A stretch of 64,000 nt of DNA from NCBI RefSeq assembly GCF_964355755.1, contig NC_092670.1:41269588-41333587 (forward strand), in the 5' to 3' direction. Positions 38,301-49,600 of this stretch are shown one piece after another. The notes beneath the pieces are model-generated. The model was not told the DNA's origin and searched no databases. It worked only from the letters and a program-made list of their open reading frames with translations. The translations under genes and the position numbers were made by a program. Source of the stretch: Antedon mediterranea. Lineage: Eukaryota > Animalia > Echinodermata. Positions within the stretch are counted from its first letter, which is position 1; each line of letters opens with the position of its first letter.

Positions 38301-41300
38301 ATATCTAAGTTTTTAAGATCTAGAAAACTCAGATATCTGAGTTTTCTAGATCTAGAAAACTCAGATATCAAGATCTGAGTTTTCTAGTTCCAGAGTGGAA
38401 CTAGTGAGGGCGTGTGGCGCAGTGTGTTGGACTACTGATCGTGAGACCGAGGTTCGAATCCAACTCTCGCCGCATTGCTTGTATCTGTAGGCAAGATACT
38501 TTACTTACGTTTGCCTCTCTCCACCCAGGTGTATAAATGGGTACCCGGTTAAGCCTGGTTTCCATAAAATCGCTACACCGTTTCCATTGAAATCGCTACA
38601 CCCGCATATGTCGCCGACGCGCATCGGGGAGGTCTCCCCGATTCATCGCAGACAAATCGGCAAAGTTCAACCATGTTCAACTTTGCCGATTTTGTCGGCG
38701 ATGAGTCGTATACGCGTGTACCAAAGAATATTTAGCGCTCGCGTACTAGATCGCCGATAAATTCTAGTGTTTCCATAGAATCTGTCGGCGACAGCAGTCG
38801 GCGACACGGTGTAGCGATTTTATGGAAACCAGGCTTTAGATCAAGACACAACTTTGCGCTGATTACTAGCTGCATTATGGAAGTATGTTTCCATAAGTGT
38901 TTGATCAAAAAAAAAAAATGACTGTGGTAATAATGTTCAGCGCTTAGAGGTTTCATTACATTAGGCGCTATATAAATCCAGGATATTATTATTAAAAAAC
39001 CCAGATCATCAAATGGATCGTTCCATTATTAATAGAGGGTAGCTTGTTTGAAATACTACAGTATTATACGTTTTCTTACTAATAATAATAATTATTGTAA
39101 CTTGTAGTAGCAGCCTACGACTTAAATCATAAAGAAATACAGTATACACCTTTTAAAATGTAGGCTTAGCATTTAGGCCTAGCTAAGCAAACTCAATTCA
39201 AGGCTCAACGTGTGGGCGCTATCGCAATGTATTGCGAAGAGTAGGCCTGGCCCTACTAGGCTAGAAGTGGTCAACTCGTACCCAAAATAACTCGTACCTA
39301 TTCCCAACTTGGCTAACTCGTACCTCAACCAACTCGTACCAACACCAACTCGTACATACCTAATTTTTAAGCCTACATTTTAACGGTAACGTGCACTGTA
39401 TTTTTTTAATGATTTAAGCCGTAGGCCGCTTCTACATGTTACAATATTAGTAAGAAAATGTAAACAGTAATCAGTTTTAACAATACTCTAGTATTTCAAA
39501 TGACCTACCTTCTGATTAATAATGGAATGATCCAAATGACCTACCAACCAATCATTTGATGATCTGAGTTTTCTAGTTTCATTTTGGAACTAGAAAAGTC
39601 AGATATTGATATCTGAGTTTTCTAGATCTAGAAAAGTCAGATATTTGAGTTTCTAGATCTCGAAAACTCAGATATATCTGAGATATGAGTTTTCTAGACA
39701 CCCAAGTTTAAACAGACATTTTTAGAATGCATTTTTGAATTATAGTAGAAATAAAAAAACTTAAAGAATAATTTTATAAAATACTAATAATAACTAGATT
39801 TGAACTCGTCACTACGGACGAGTTAGGTTATCCGCAGCGCAAAAGCCACGTGCACGTCATACGTTAGAATAGTGCGCGCAGAAAAACTATTATGCCATTG
39901 AAAAAAATGTTAGTGCGCTCTCTATTTTGCGTCACGTCTAAGTATATACAGTTTACACTATATATATATACAATATATATATTGTATACGTACTACAAAC
40001 AAGGAAGAATAGGTGGAAATAAGTGGCTCAAGTTATTGACGCTTTTGGACATGATGACTTCATCACAATTTTAAAAACGGTATATCATGCGAAAGATAAT
40101 TGATTGGCCTAGACAATATAAAAAAATGGGAGGAAATGGAATACAGATAGGTGGAGAGGCGCTCTATTAAATGTGATGAGCTATGACGAAAGAGATAAAA
40201 ATCCGCTATTTTATATTCGAGTGGCCATACGATGACGTCACAATGTCCGGTTAGCCATATTGATGCATGATTCGATATCTACAACTCATCTACTACCAGA
40301 ATATGTAATTATAAAAAAGTTCACCACGTAGTTTAGAATCTATGACTGTTTAAAAAAAGGCATAATTTTGACAAATTTTTGAACTTTTTCATAAAAAATG
40401 AGCGTAAATTGTTTAATTCTACGTGCTCGTATGACGTGATTTTAAGTCGAAATTGTTTGAAAGTTGGTAAATTTTCTAAAAAAGACAGGAAAAACAAAAA
40501 TCAAGCAAAAAAATGATGTTTTTGCGCTACGTGCGCACGTGCGCGTAAAAAAATTGCGCACGCGTGGGAATTTTTGAAATGCTCAAAATGACATGAAACG
40601 CGTAGAAAGTTGATTAGAAATTGATTTTTCGCATTTTGAAATTTTAAACGCGCGTGCACGCGTAACTTTTTGTAAAACATGCCATTTTTAATCCATAAAA
40701 AGTTTGCGCATGATATGACTTAAATTTTCACCAAGTTTCAATAGAAAATGACTTTTCATTTTTAATCTATGATCAATCATTGAAATTCATAAAATCGCGC
40801 GTAACTTACGCTGCGCGACTCAAAATTTAAAAAAAAAAGTTTCTTGCACATCTACAGCTACAGAGCAATCTTTTGACAAAGTTATACAATCATATGTTGG
40901 CCAGAATTAGAGATACGCTGCGAACAAAAATCGTGGAAAGAAAGAAGAACATAGAAAAAGATCCTGACAATAACAAGGGGTTATCCGCCAAGTGCGGATA
41001 ACCAATAAATAATAAATGTAGCTTTTAATATAGCACATTATGCAAAGCCTCAATGTGGTTAACATTATAGTATAGTTTTATAGATTTAAATGTGAAATTT
41101 AATCAAATACAGAAGGTAAAAGGAGTAATAATAGGGAGGTTTCGCAACCTGACGAATACGATAACGAAAACGGATACGTCACACATTCCGAAACTTTTGA
41201 GCTGATCCCCATTTCATATTCGTAAAGCGTTTTCGTGTTGACGAATATCACCAGTCATATTCGTAACTACAAAACGAGTATAGTTTTTGATCTATTTTGC

Positions 41301-41760
41301 ACATTTTGCATTTTAATTAGGAATGATTCATGATTATAATATAATTATAGATTTATTGAAAGTAATTTACTAAAGTAATTTACTAAAATGCCAGGTCAAT
41401 TTAGATAAATAGCAGTTTTTGAAGTCCTCACTCGCTTTGATGTTACGCTAGGCCTAGGCAGCCAAGCACCAAGCAACACGTACCTCCTGCGCTTCGCTCA
41501 AATTTACCGCAGTCATATTTTGGACGACGCCCTCAATATTTCGTTGCCATGCGAAACAGATTTTTACTGGCTTACGAAAACGAATACGTGTGCGTGACGT
41601 ATCCGTTTTCGTTATCGTATTCGTAAGATTGCGAAACCTCTCTAATAACATAGGAAATCAATTATTATTAAATATTTCAGAGTCTATAAAAGAGCTAGAT
41701 GAAATGACTAAAAGCTATTGGACCAAGATGAAAGAGTTTGCAACAAAGCATGATAGGTAG
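35361..41760 (+). CDS. UQCC2: Ubiquinol-cytochrome c reductase complex assembly factor 2
   Basis: Exons 35361-35498, 35973-36044, 36330-36402, 41681-41760 give [120 protein letters not shown], recognisably colinear with vertebrate UQCC2 (MAASRYRRFLKLC..GRDLG..YYKHKYP). Not in the ORF track. Confidence 0.93.
36421..38187. mobile_element. Non-autonomous Kolobok-like DNA transposon
   Basis: TTAA|AGGGGGATTCTGGGTTTAAAA ... TTTTAAACCCGGAACCCCCCT|TTAA: TTAA TSD with purine-purine start. Confidence 0.82.
38405..38994 (+). mobile_element. tRNA-derived SINE (Nin/Deu-domain type) interrupted by a MITE
   Basis: A box TGGCGCAGTG, B box GGTTCGAATCC, central CCACCCAGGTGTATAAATGGGTACC, L2-like tail AGGCGCTATATAAAT..(ATT)n. 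Confidence 0.85.
38552..38835. mobile_element. PIF/Harbinger-like MITE
   Basis: TIR AGCCTGGTTTCCATAAAATCGCTACACCG at both ends; TTA TSD. Confidence 0.9.
39793..41004 (-). mobile_element. Helentron-associated non-autonomous element (HINE-like), apparently complete
   Basis: CTAG terminus with hairpin aactcgtc-actacg-gacgagtt. Subterminal inverted repeat ggttatccgc (39826) / gcggataacc (40994). Hairpin ggttatccgc-caagt-gcggataacc at the other end. Confidence 0.78.
41133..41643. mobile_element. MITE (PIF/Harbinger-like)
   Basis: ~50-bp TIR AG(G/A)GAGGTTTCGCAA.CT.ACGAATACGATAACGAAAACGGATACGTCAC; AAT on both flanks. Confidence 0.88.
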
Positions 41761-41977
41761 TACAAAGTTACAGATACCGCTACCAAAAACTACTACCAGA
41801 ATTAAAGCAAGTACAGCTTGCTTGGTACAAGTACTTCACGGAGTAACGATACTTTTATACTGTACCTTTAATTTTACAGGCAGTATTAAATATAGGGCGA
41901 TGTGATGTATATCTGTACTAGATAATTCACAGGAAATCATGCATTATCTATTTCATAATATTGTATATATCAACAGT

Positions 41978-42148
41978 TAAACTTGACCCAAGTCTGTAGT
42001 TATTGTTTCTTTTTTTGTTAGTTCACTGATTTTTGTCTAAAAACTACATTGAGCTCAAGTATTATACTTATGAAACGCCATATGTGCCAAAATGTATATT
42101 ATTTTTTTTCACTAATATTAATTAGAATCAAGGTCTAGAACCTGACTA
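41978..42148. mobile_element. Degenerate, internally deleted copy of the AcademH-like element in the UQCC2 3' UTR
   Basis: aacttgacccaagtctgta..gatttttgtct.aaaa..ctcaagta..tatgaaacgccatatgtg..actaatatta match both ends of 22558-35224. Confidence 0.65.
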
Positions 42149-42279
42149 ATCAACAGTGTCAGTCTTCCTTTAGGAGGTAAATCATAATAAAGTTTGCTTT
42201 AGCTGCCTACTTTAATAGCTTTATGAAAAATAATGGAATAAAAATCTTTTTTTGTTGCTTAAGCTTGGATGTAAGCAAG

Positions 42280-42587
42280 TTGACCAATGACAAACGACAG
42301 TGTGAAATAATCCATCGCTTGTGATTGGACAACGTTGCATCCTTATGTTGCGTCTCTAATGGGAAAAGCTTGGTTCCCACAAGGATACAACACATGTGTA
42401 GGCGTGTTGACCAATGACATGTGACAGTTTGAATAATCCATCGCTTGTGATTGGACAACGTTGCATCCTTATGTTGCGTCTCTAATGGGAAAAGCTTGGT
42501 TCCCACAAGGATACAACACATGGATGTTAAGTGAGTTGACCAATGACATGTGATAGTTTGAATAATCCATTGCTTGTCATTGGTCAA
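42280..42587. repeat. ~127-bp tandem repeat (2.5 copies) of a dispersed family
   Basis: gttgaccaatgaca...ataatccatcgcttgtgattggacaa; a reverse-complement relative lies at 62232-62280. Confidence 0.8.
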
Positions 42588-43660
42588 ATGGCTTGTGTTG
42601 AACCTTATGCTGAATTATGATGTTACATTTTGCTTAGTGGACTAACAGTTGTTAAAAAGTAGTGTCATATAATCATCTGCGATGTCATTACAATACCGGC
42701 AAGAGCATTTATTTTCTTAAAAAATATTATATAGTAAATTTGAGTGACTCAAACGGAAAATGCTGACCTGTATGTAAATGGACAGTTTTTGTATCACCTG
42801 CCTCCAGATCCGACTGGTCTATTTTGTATCAGCTGACCAGATTAGAAAGACAAAGATAAAAAAATAATAAACTAGAATTCAACTAACTTTATTCAACCAT
42901 AATTTTCTGACAAATGCAAAATAAATAAAAAAGGTCTACTGGAAAAATACAAACACTGTCAAAAAGATAAATTAGGAAATATCCTTTCATTTACAAGTAC
43001 AGTAGACAAACCACAATCTTGAATCAAGTAAATTTTTTATATGATCAGGGTTATACTTGCTTCATATCGAACTAGGTGACACCTGGAAATGCCGACAGAA
43101 AGTAAATGCGCATCCTACAGTGAACACAATATAGGGGTAATTATTAAAAATAACCTCCACAAAATAGTCGCATTTTATATAATATAAAAAAATCATACAG
43201 TATATTACCCATACATTTTAAAAAGAACCATAAATGAGGTCATATACCCTTAAACAGGCACATTATGTATAAGTAATGCTTTATATCAAATATGGTTCCC
43301 AAAATAGATGAAATTATAGAAAATTGGAAATATACATATATCATGGTAATTAATATGGGGAGAAGGCATAATGTTTCAAGGGCCATCCTTCAGCAACTTA
43401 ACATACGTAAATGTTCCAATGCTTTTATAATATAAATTGTATATATTTGTGCATAACTACAGTTGCTAATTTTATACTTTATTTTATACAGCTTTTCAGA
43501 ACAATTTTAAAATTAAGTATGATTGTAAATATTTTGCATGACAATAATTGTAAGCTTAGTAAAACCAACTGGTGTACACATTAACATCCGTTAAACTACC
43601 GTTTGTCACCAATATTTACAAAGCATTTATTTTTACGGTACTACTTTATTTTGTTGATAT

Positions 43661-46600
43661 TTATGTAAAGTCCCTTTCACTTAATACAACTGGTGCAATG
43701 AGGGTCCAACCATACAGAAGTACACACAACCAACATGATGAAATCTTCACCCACACTGCTCCACTACTTTCAGTGAACTGGCTATCAATGCTTGATGAAG
43801 GTCTGATAAAAAGAAAGTGATTTCTAGTATTAAAACCTTTTTAGAACTTGACAGTAATGAATGAATGAACAAGGGTTTTAAAAGCAATGTATGATGTAAA
43901 ATTACTGCAGTTACTCACTTGAGCCAATTGGTAAGTGTCATCATGATATACAATGTAGCCAAGAAGAGAAGCAAATGAAAAAAACTGTAACTGTAAGCCA
44001 CGGCATCCTCCTCATCATCCCATACAGTTTGTCCGGTTTCTGCATCAACACTATTTCCACCAGACTCTGATACAAAACATTTTTTATTTTAATATAATGA
44101 AAACTGCCATAATGTGTTAAATACTAAGTGACTATTTGTCTAACCCTATAAATAGAGAGTGTTAGAGAGAAACCTCATGGGTCGAGACTTATGTTGTATC
44201 GAGGAGTCCAGTGGCGGCCGATACAATAAAGTTGTTTATAGTTACTGTATGTCTCTCTATTTCTAATAAATGAGTCCAGCGGTGGCCGATACAATCAAGT
44301 TGTTTATAGCTACTGTATGTCTCTCTATTTCTAATAAATGAGTTCAGCGGCGGCCGATACAATCAAGTTGTTTATAGCTACTGTATGTCTCTCTATTTCT
44401 AATAAATGAGTCCAGCGGTGGCCGATACAATCAAGTTGTTTATAGCTACTGTATGTCTCTCTATTTCTAATAAATGAGTGCAGCGGCAGCCGATACAATC
44501 AAGTTGTTTATAGCTACTGTATGTCTCTCTATTTCTAAGAAATGAGTCCAGCGGCAGCCGATACAATAAAGTTGTTTATAGCTACTGTATGTCTCTCTCT
44601 TTCTAATAAATGAGTCCAGCGGCGGCCGATACAATCAAGTTGTTTATAGATACTGTATGTCTCTCTATTTCTAATAAATGAGTCCAGCGGCGGCCGATAC
44701 AATCAAGTTGTTTATAGCTACTGTATGTCTCTCTATTTCTAATAAATGAGTCCAGCGGCGGCCGATACAATCAAGTTGTTTATAGCTACTGTATGTCTCT
44801 CTATTTCTAATAAATGAGTCCAGCGGCAGCCGATACAATCAAGTTGTTTATAGCTACTGTATGTCTCTCTATTTCTAATAAATGAGTCCAGCGGCGGCCA
44901 ATACAATCAAGTTGTTTATAGCTACTGTATGTCTCTCTATTTCTAATAAATGAGTCCAGCGGCAGCTGATACAATCAAGTTGTTATAGCTACTGTATGTC
45001 TCTCTATTTCTAATAAATGAGTCCAGCGGCGGCCGATACAATCAAGTTGTTTATAGCTACTGTATGTCTCTCTATTTCTAATAAATGAGTCCAGCGGCAG
45101 CCGATACAATCAAGTTGTTTATAGCTACTGTATGTCTCTCTATTTCTAATAAATGAGTCCAGCGGCGGCCGATACAATCAAGTTATTGTTTATAGCTACT
45201 GTATGTCTCTCTATTTCTAATAAATGAGTCCAGCGGCGGCCGATACAATCAAGTTGTTTATAGCTACTGTATGTCTCTCTATTTCTAATAAATGAGTCCA
45301 GCGGCGGCCAATACAATCAAGTTGTTTATAGCTACTGTATGTCTCTCTATTTCTAATAAATGTTAACAAACATTATATGATCTACAGTTACACTGGTGAT
45401 GATCAGACGCAAATTATTCAAAATTAAAATTAGACTAACAAAATTACAAAAACATACCTTTTGCGTTTGCTGAAGAGTCGGAGCTTAGTAACACTTTCTG
45501 TCAACAAAAACAAGTAATGATAGTTAATATTATTGTGTTAAAGCAATTCAGTACCTGGGAATGATACTAAAGCAAAACAATTGCTATGTTGTTGGCATAA
45601 CCCCACTACTTAAGCTAAGGCTGATCCTAGGTATTTGTTATTTATTTTCAGAGAAAGAAAAAAAACAATCTGAAAACTGTTATGAAAAAAATATAAATAC
45701 TAATACAAATATTTAAACAAAAATGATCATGCAATTCATTGATTATTTTCCCCATTGGGAAACTCTATAATAATTCTTGTGCTGACTAATGTTAGGGTGC
45801 AACAAAAACATACAGGTATTTTGGGGCCTGTTGTTAGGCCAACATACAGGTATTTTGGGGCCTGTTGTTAGGCCAACATACAGGTATTTTGGGGCCTGTT
45901 GTTAGGCCAACATACAGGTATTTTGGGGCCTGTTGTTAGGCCAACATTTTAGGCCTAAGCAGTAAATAATAGATAAACGTTCACATATAGTTAAATAATA
46001 AATTGTTAATAATGGTGGTAATCAACAACATACAATGGAAAGTGTAATATTTAGTGAGTAGTCAAGGCAGTGCATAATGCGGCTTGTTGATATGAATATG
46101 AAAAGAAGTGAGCGTGCTACAAGAATGCTATGGTTAATTAACATTCTACGAACTATTCAGGGGTTAACCCAAGTAACAAAGGGTCTACCAACTAACGCAA
46201 GGAGAAATTAGCACACATTTCCTAATATCCATCCATCCATTCAGACAGACTACAGATTCAAAAACCTTGTTAACATTCTACAAACTATTCAGGGGTTAAC
46301 CCAAGTAACAAAGGGTCTACCAACTAACGCAAGGAGAAATTAGCACACATTTCCTAATATCCCATCCATCCATTCAGACAGACTACAGATTCAAAAACCT
46401 TGTTAACATTCTACCAACTATTCAGGGGTTAACCCAAGTAACAAAGGGTCTACCAACTAACCCAAGGAGAAATTAGCACACATTTCCTAATATCCATCCA
46501 TCCATTCAGACAGACTACAGATTCAAAAACCTTGTTAACATTCTACCAACTATTCAGGGGTTAACCCAAGTAACAAAGGGTCTACCATCTAACTCAAGGA

Positions 46601-49600
46601 GAAATTAGCACACATTTCCTATTATCCATCCATCCATTCAGACAGACTACAGATTCAAAAACCTTGTTAACATTCTACCAACTATTCAGGGGTTAACCCA
46701 AGTAACAAAGGGTCTACCAACTAACTCAAGGAGAAATTAGCACACATTTCCTAATATCCATCCATCCATTCAGACAGACTACAGATTCAAAAACCTTGTT
46801 AACATTCTACCAACTATTCAGGGGTTAACCCAAGTAACAAAGGGTCTACCAACTAACCCAAGGAGAAATTAGCACACATTTCCTAATATCCATCCATCCA
46901 TTCAGACAGACTACAGATTCAAAAACCTTGTTAACATTCTACCAACTATTCAGGGGTTAACCCAAGTAACAAAGGGTTTACCAACTAACCCAAGGAGAAA
47001 TTAGCACACATTTCCTAATATCCATCCATCCATTCAGACAGACTACAGATTCAAAAACCTTGTTAACATTCTACCAACTATTCAGGAGTTAACCCAAGTA
47101 ACAAAGGGTCTACCATCTAACTCAAGGAGAAATTAGCACACATTTCCTAATATCCATCCATCCATTCAGACAGACTACAGATTCAAAAACCTTGTTAACA
47201 TTCTAGCAACTATTCAGGGGTTAACCCAAGTAACAAAGGGTCTACCAACTAACCCAAGGAGAAATTAGCACACATTTCCTAATATCCATCCATCCATTCA
47301 GACAGACTACAGATTCAAAAACCTTGTTAACATTCTAGCAACTATTCAGGGGTTAACCCAAGTAACAAAGGGTCTACCAACTAACCCAAGGAGAAATTAG
47401 CACACATTTCCTAATATCCATCCATCCATTCAGACAGACTACAGATTCAAAAACCTTGTTAACATTCTACTAACTATTCAGGGGTTAACCCAAGTAACAA
47501 AGGGTCTACCAACTAACCCAAGGAGAAATTAGCACACATTTCCTAATATCCATCCATCCATTCAGACAGACTACAGATTCAAAAACCTTGTTAACATTCT
47601 ACCAACTATTCAGGGGTTAACCCAAGTAACAAAGGGTCTACCAACTAACCCAAGGAGAAATTAGCACACATTTCCTAATATCCATCCATCCATTCAGACA
47701 GACTACAGATTCAAAAACCTTGTTAACATTCTACCAACTATTCAGGGGTTAACCCAAGTAACAAAGGGTCTACCAACTAACGCAAGGAGAAATTAGCACA
47801 CATTTCCTAATATCCATCCATCCATTCAGACAGACTACAGATTCAAAAACCTTGTTAACATTCTACCAACTATTCAGGGGTTAACCCAAGTAACAAAGGG
47901 TCTACCAACTAACGCAAGGAGAAATTAGCACACATTTCCTAATATCCATCCATCCATTCAGACAGACTACAGATTCAAAAACCTTGTTAACATTCTACCA
48001 ACTATTCAGGGGTTAACCCAAGTAACAAAGGGTCTACCAACTAACGCAAGGAGAAATTAGCACACATTTCCTAATATCCATCCATCCATTCAGACAGACT
48101 ACAGATTCAAAAACCTTGTTAACATTCTACCAACTATTCAGGGGTTAACCCAAGTAACAAAGGGTCTATCATCTAACTCAAGGAGAAAGGAAATGTGTGC
48201 TCCCACCCATCCATTCAGACAGACTACAGATTCAAAACCTTGTTAACATTATGTGATGCTTACCTCATTTGCACCATAAAATGTTACTTCCTACAAATAA
48301 AATAATAATAAAAGTATCATTTTTAACCATTTTCTTAATTTGCACAACAAAATTCCAGTATAAATCAACATTTTTCTCCCACAATTATAGGTTTGAACAT
48401 TTTTATCATTAAACCAAGGATATAATATATAATTATAATTGTGTTGCTATTAATAAACAAACACACACACACTACTTCTTTTCTTAATTCTTGTAATGTG
48501 TTGGTGGGTTATAAAATGATTTATATCATGATAGTGGTAATCAGTCCAAAGCAGTATGCACATGCAAGGTTGGATACAAATGGTATACAATTCCAGCAGT
48601 AGTATAGTTAATAAAATCAACCGTGAATACCTTATTTGAATCTGTCCTCTCCAAGCGAGAGAATGTCTTCCAGAATGAACAGATGGATAAGCAAGTAAGA
48701 GAAGAGAGAGTATAAATGTAACCAGCACCATTTATTAGAGAGTTAATGTATAGTAATTCACAGGGTTTTAAGCAGTTTAACAAATAATTGACCATTACAC
48801 ATGTTAGCTTATAATGTAGTGAATAACTGACTTGGTTAGGTGCATTAGCAATGCAGTGAATGTATAACACATTTCCCAAGTGCAATAACTATGTAGTGAA
48901 TAAACAATTTGTTGCATGTAATGTTACCTGTATGATATTCATAATTAAACTGTAGTACTTACCTCATTACCAGTCAGTTTGCCTACATTGTTGGTGCTGG
49001 CAGTACGCATACTGTTAGGAGTAAAAATGTATGAATATTATCATTATACATCATTCAGTAAACATACAAATTAACTTTAATCAAATTCTTTAACCAAACA
49101 AAGGTTCTTACCAAGCAAATACAATAGATATAAACCAGATGAAAAAACCAATCCAGCTTTCTGCTTTGACTGCAGATCCAGTGGCTCCACTCAATGTCCC
49201 ATTGTTTACAGTTGGAAATCCAGGATTACATGCTATATAATAAAATGTATCAGTAAGTCTCTATGCTGTTAGGATTGTATATACAGTATACTAGTCAAAT
49301 ACGTTTGTTCTCATAATAACTATGTTTATTGTGATTGTTTGATCCATATTTCTACATTTTGCAATGTTTGTAATAGAATGCTCTTGTAATAACATTGAAT
49401 GAAACAAATTGTATAATTTGGCAGAACATTCATATGGATTGGTAAGATAATGATGAAATGTTAAATAATGATTTTATCCTTGTTTTATAGAATGTTGATT
49501 AATTCTTACCTTTTTCTGGTGAGCTAGTCATTGCGGACCATGTCAAATAGACCACATATAGTGATATCACTGATGACTGAAGTAAACCAGATCTAGGTTG

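Larger units (their letters stand above)
38194..39703. mobile_element. Non-autonomous TIR element (Mutator-like) with subterminal ctagaaaactcagat repeats
   Basis: Ends GAGTGTCTAGAAAACTCAGA and TGAGTTTTCTAGACACCC. Flank AAGTTTAAAC on the right, and on the left once the Kolobok insertion is removed. Confidence 0.8.

Noticed and set aside
38405-38470. tRNA gene
   Set aside because: A and B boxes are present but the cloverleaf is incomplete and continues into a SINE body and tail.
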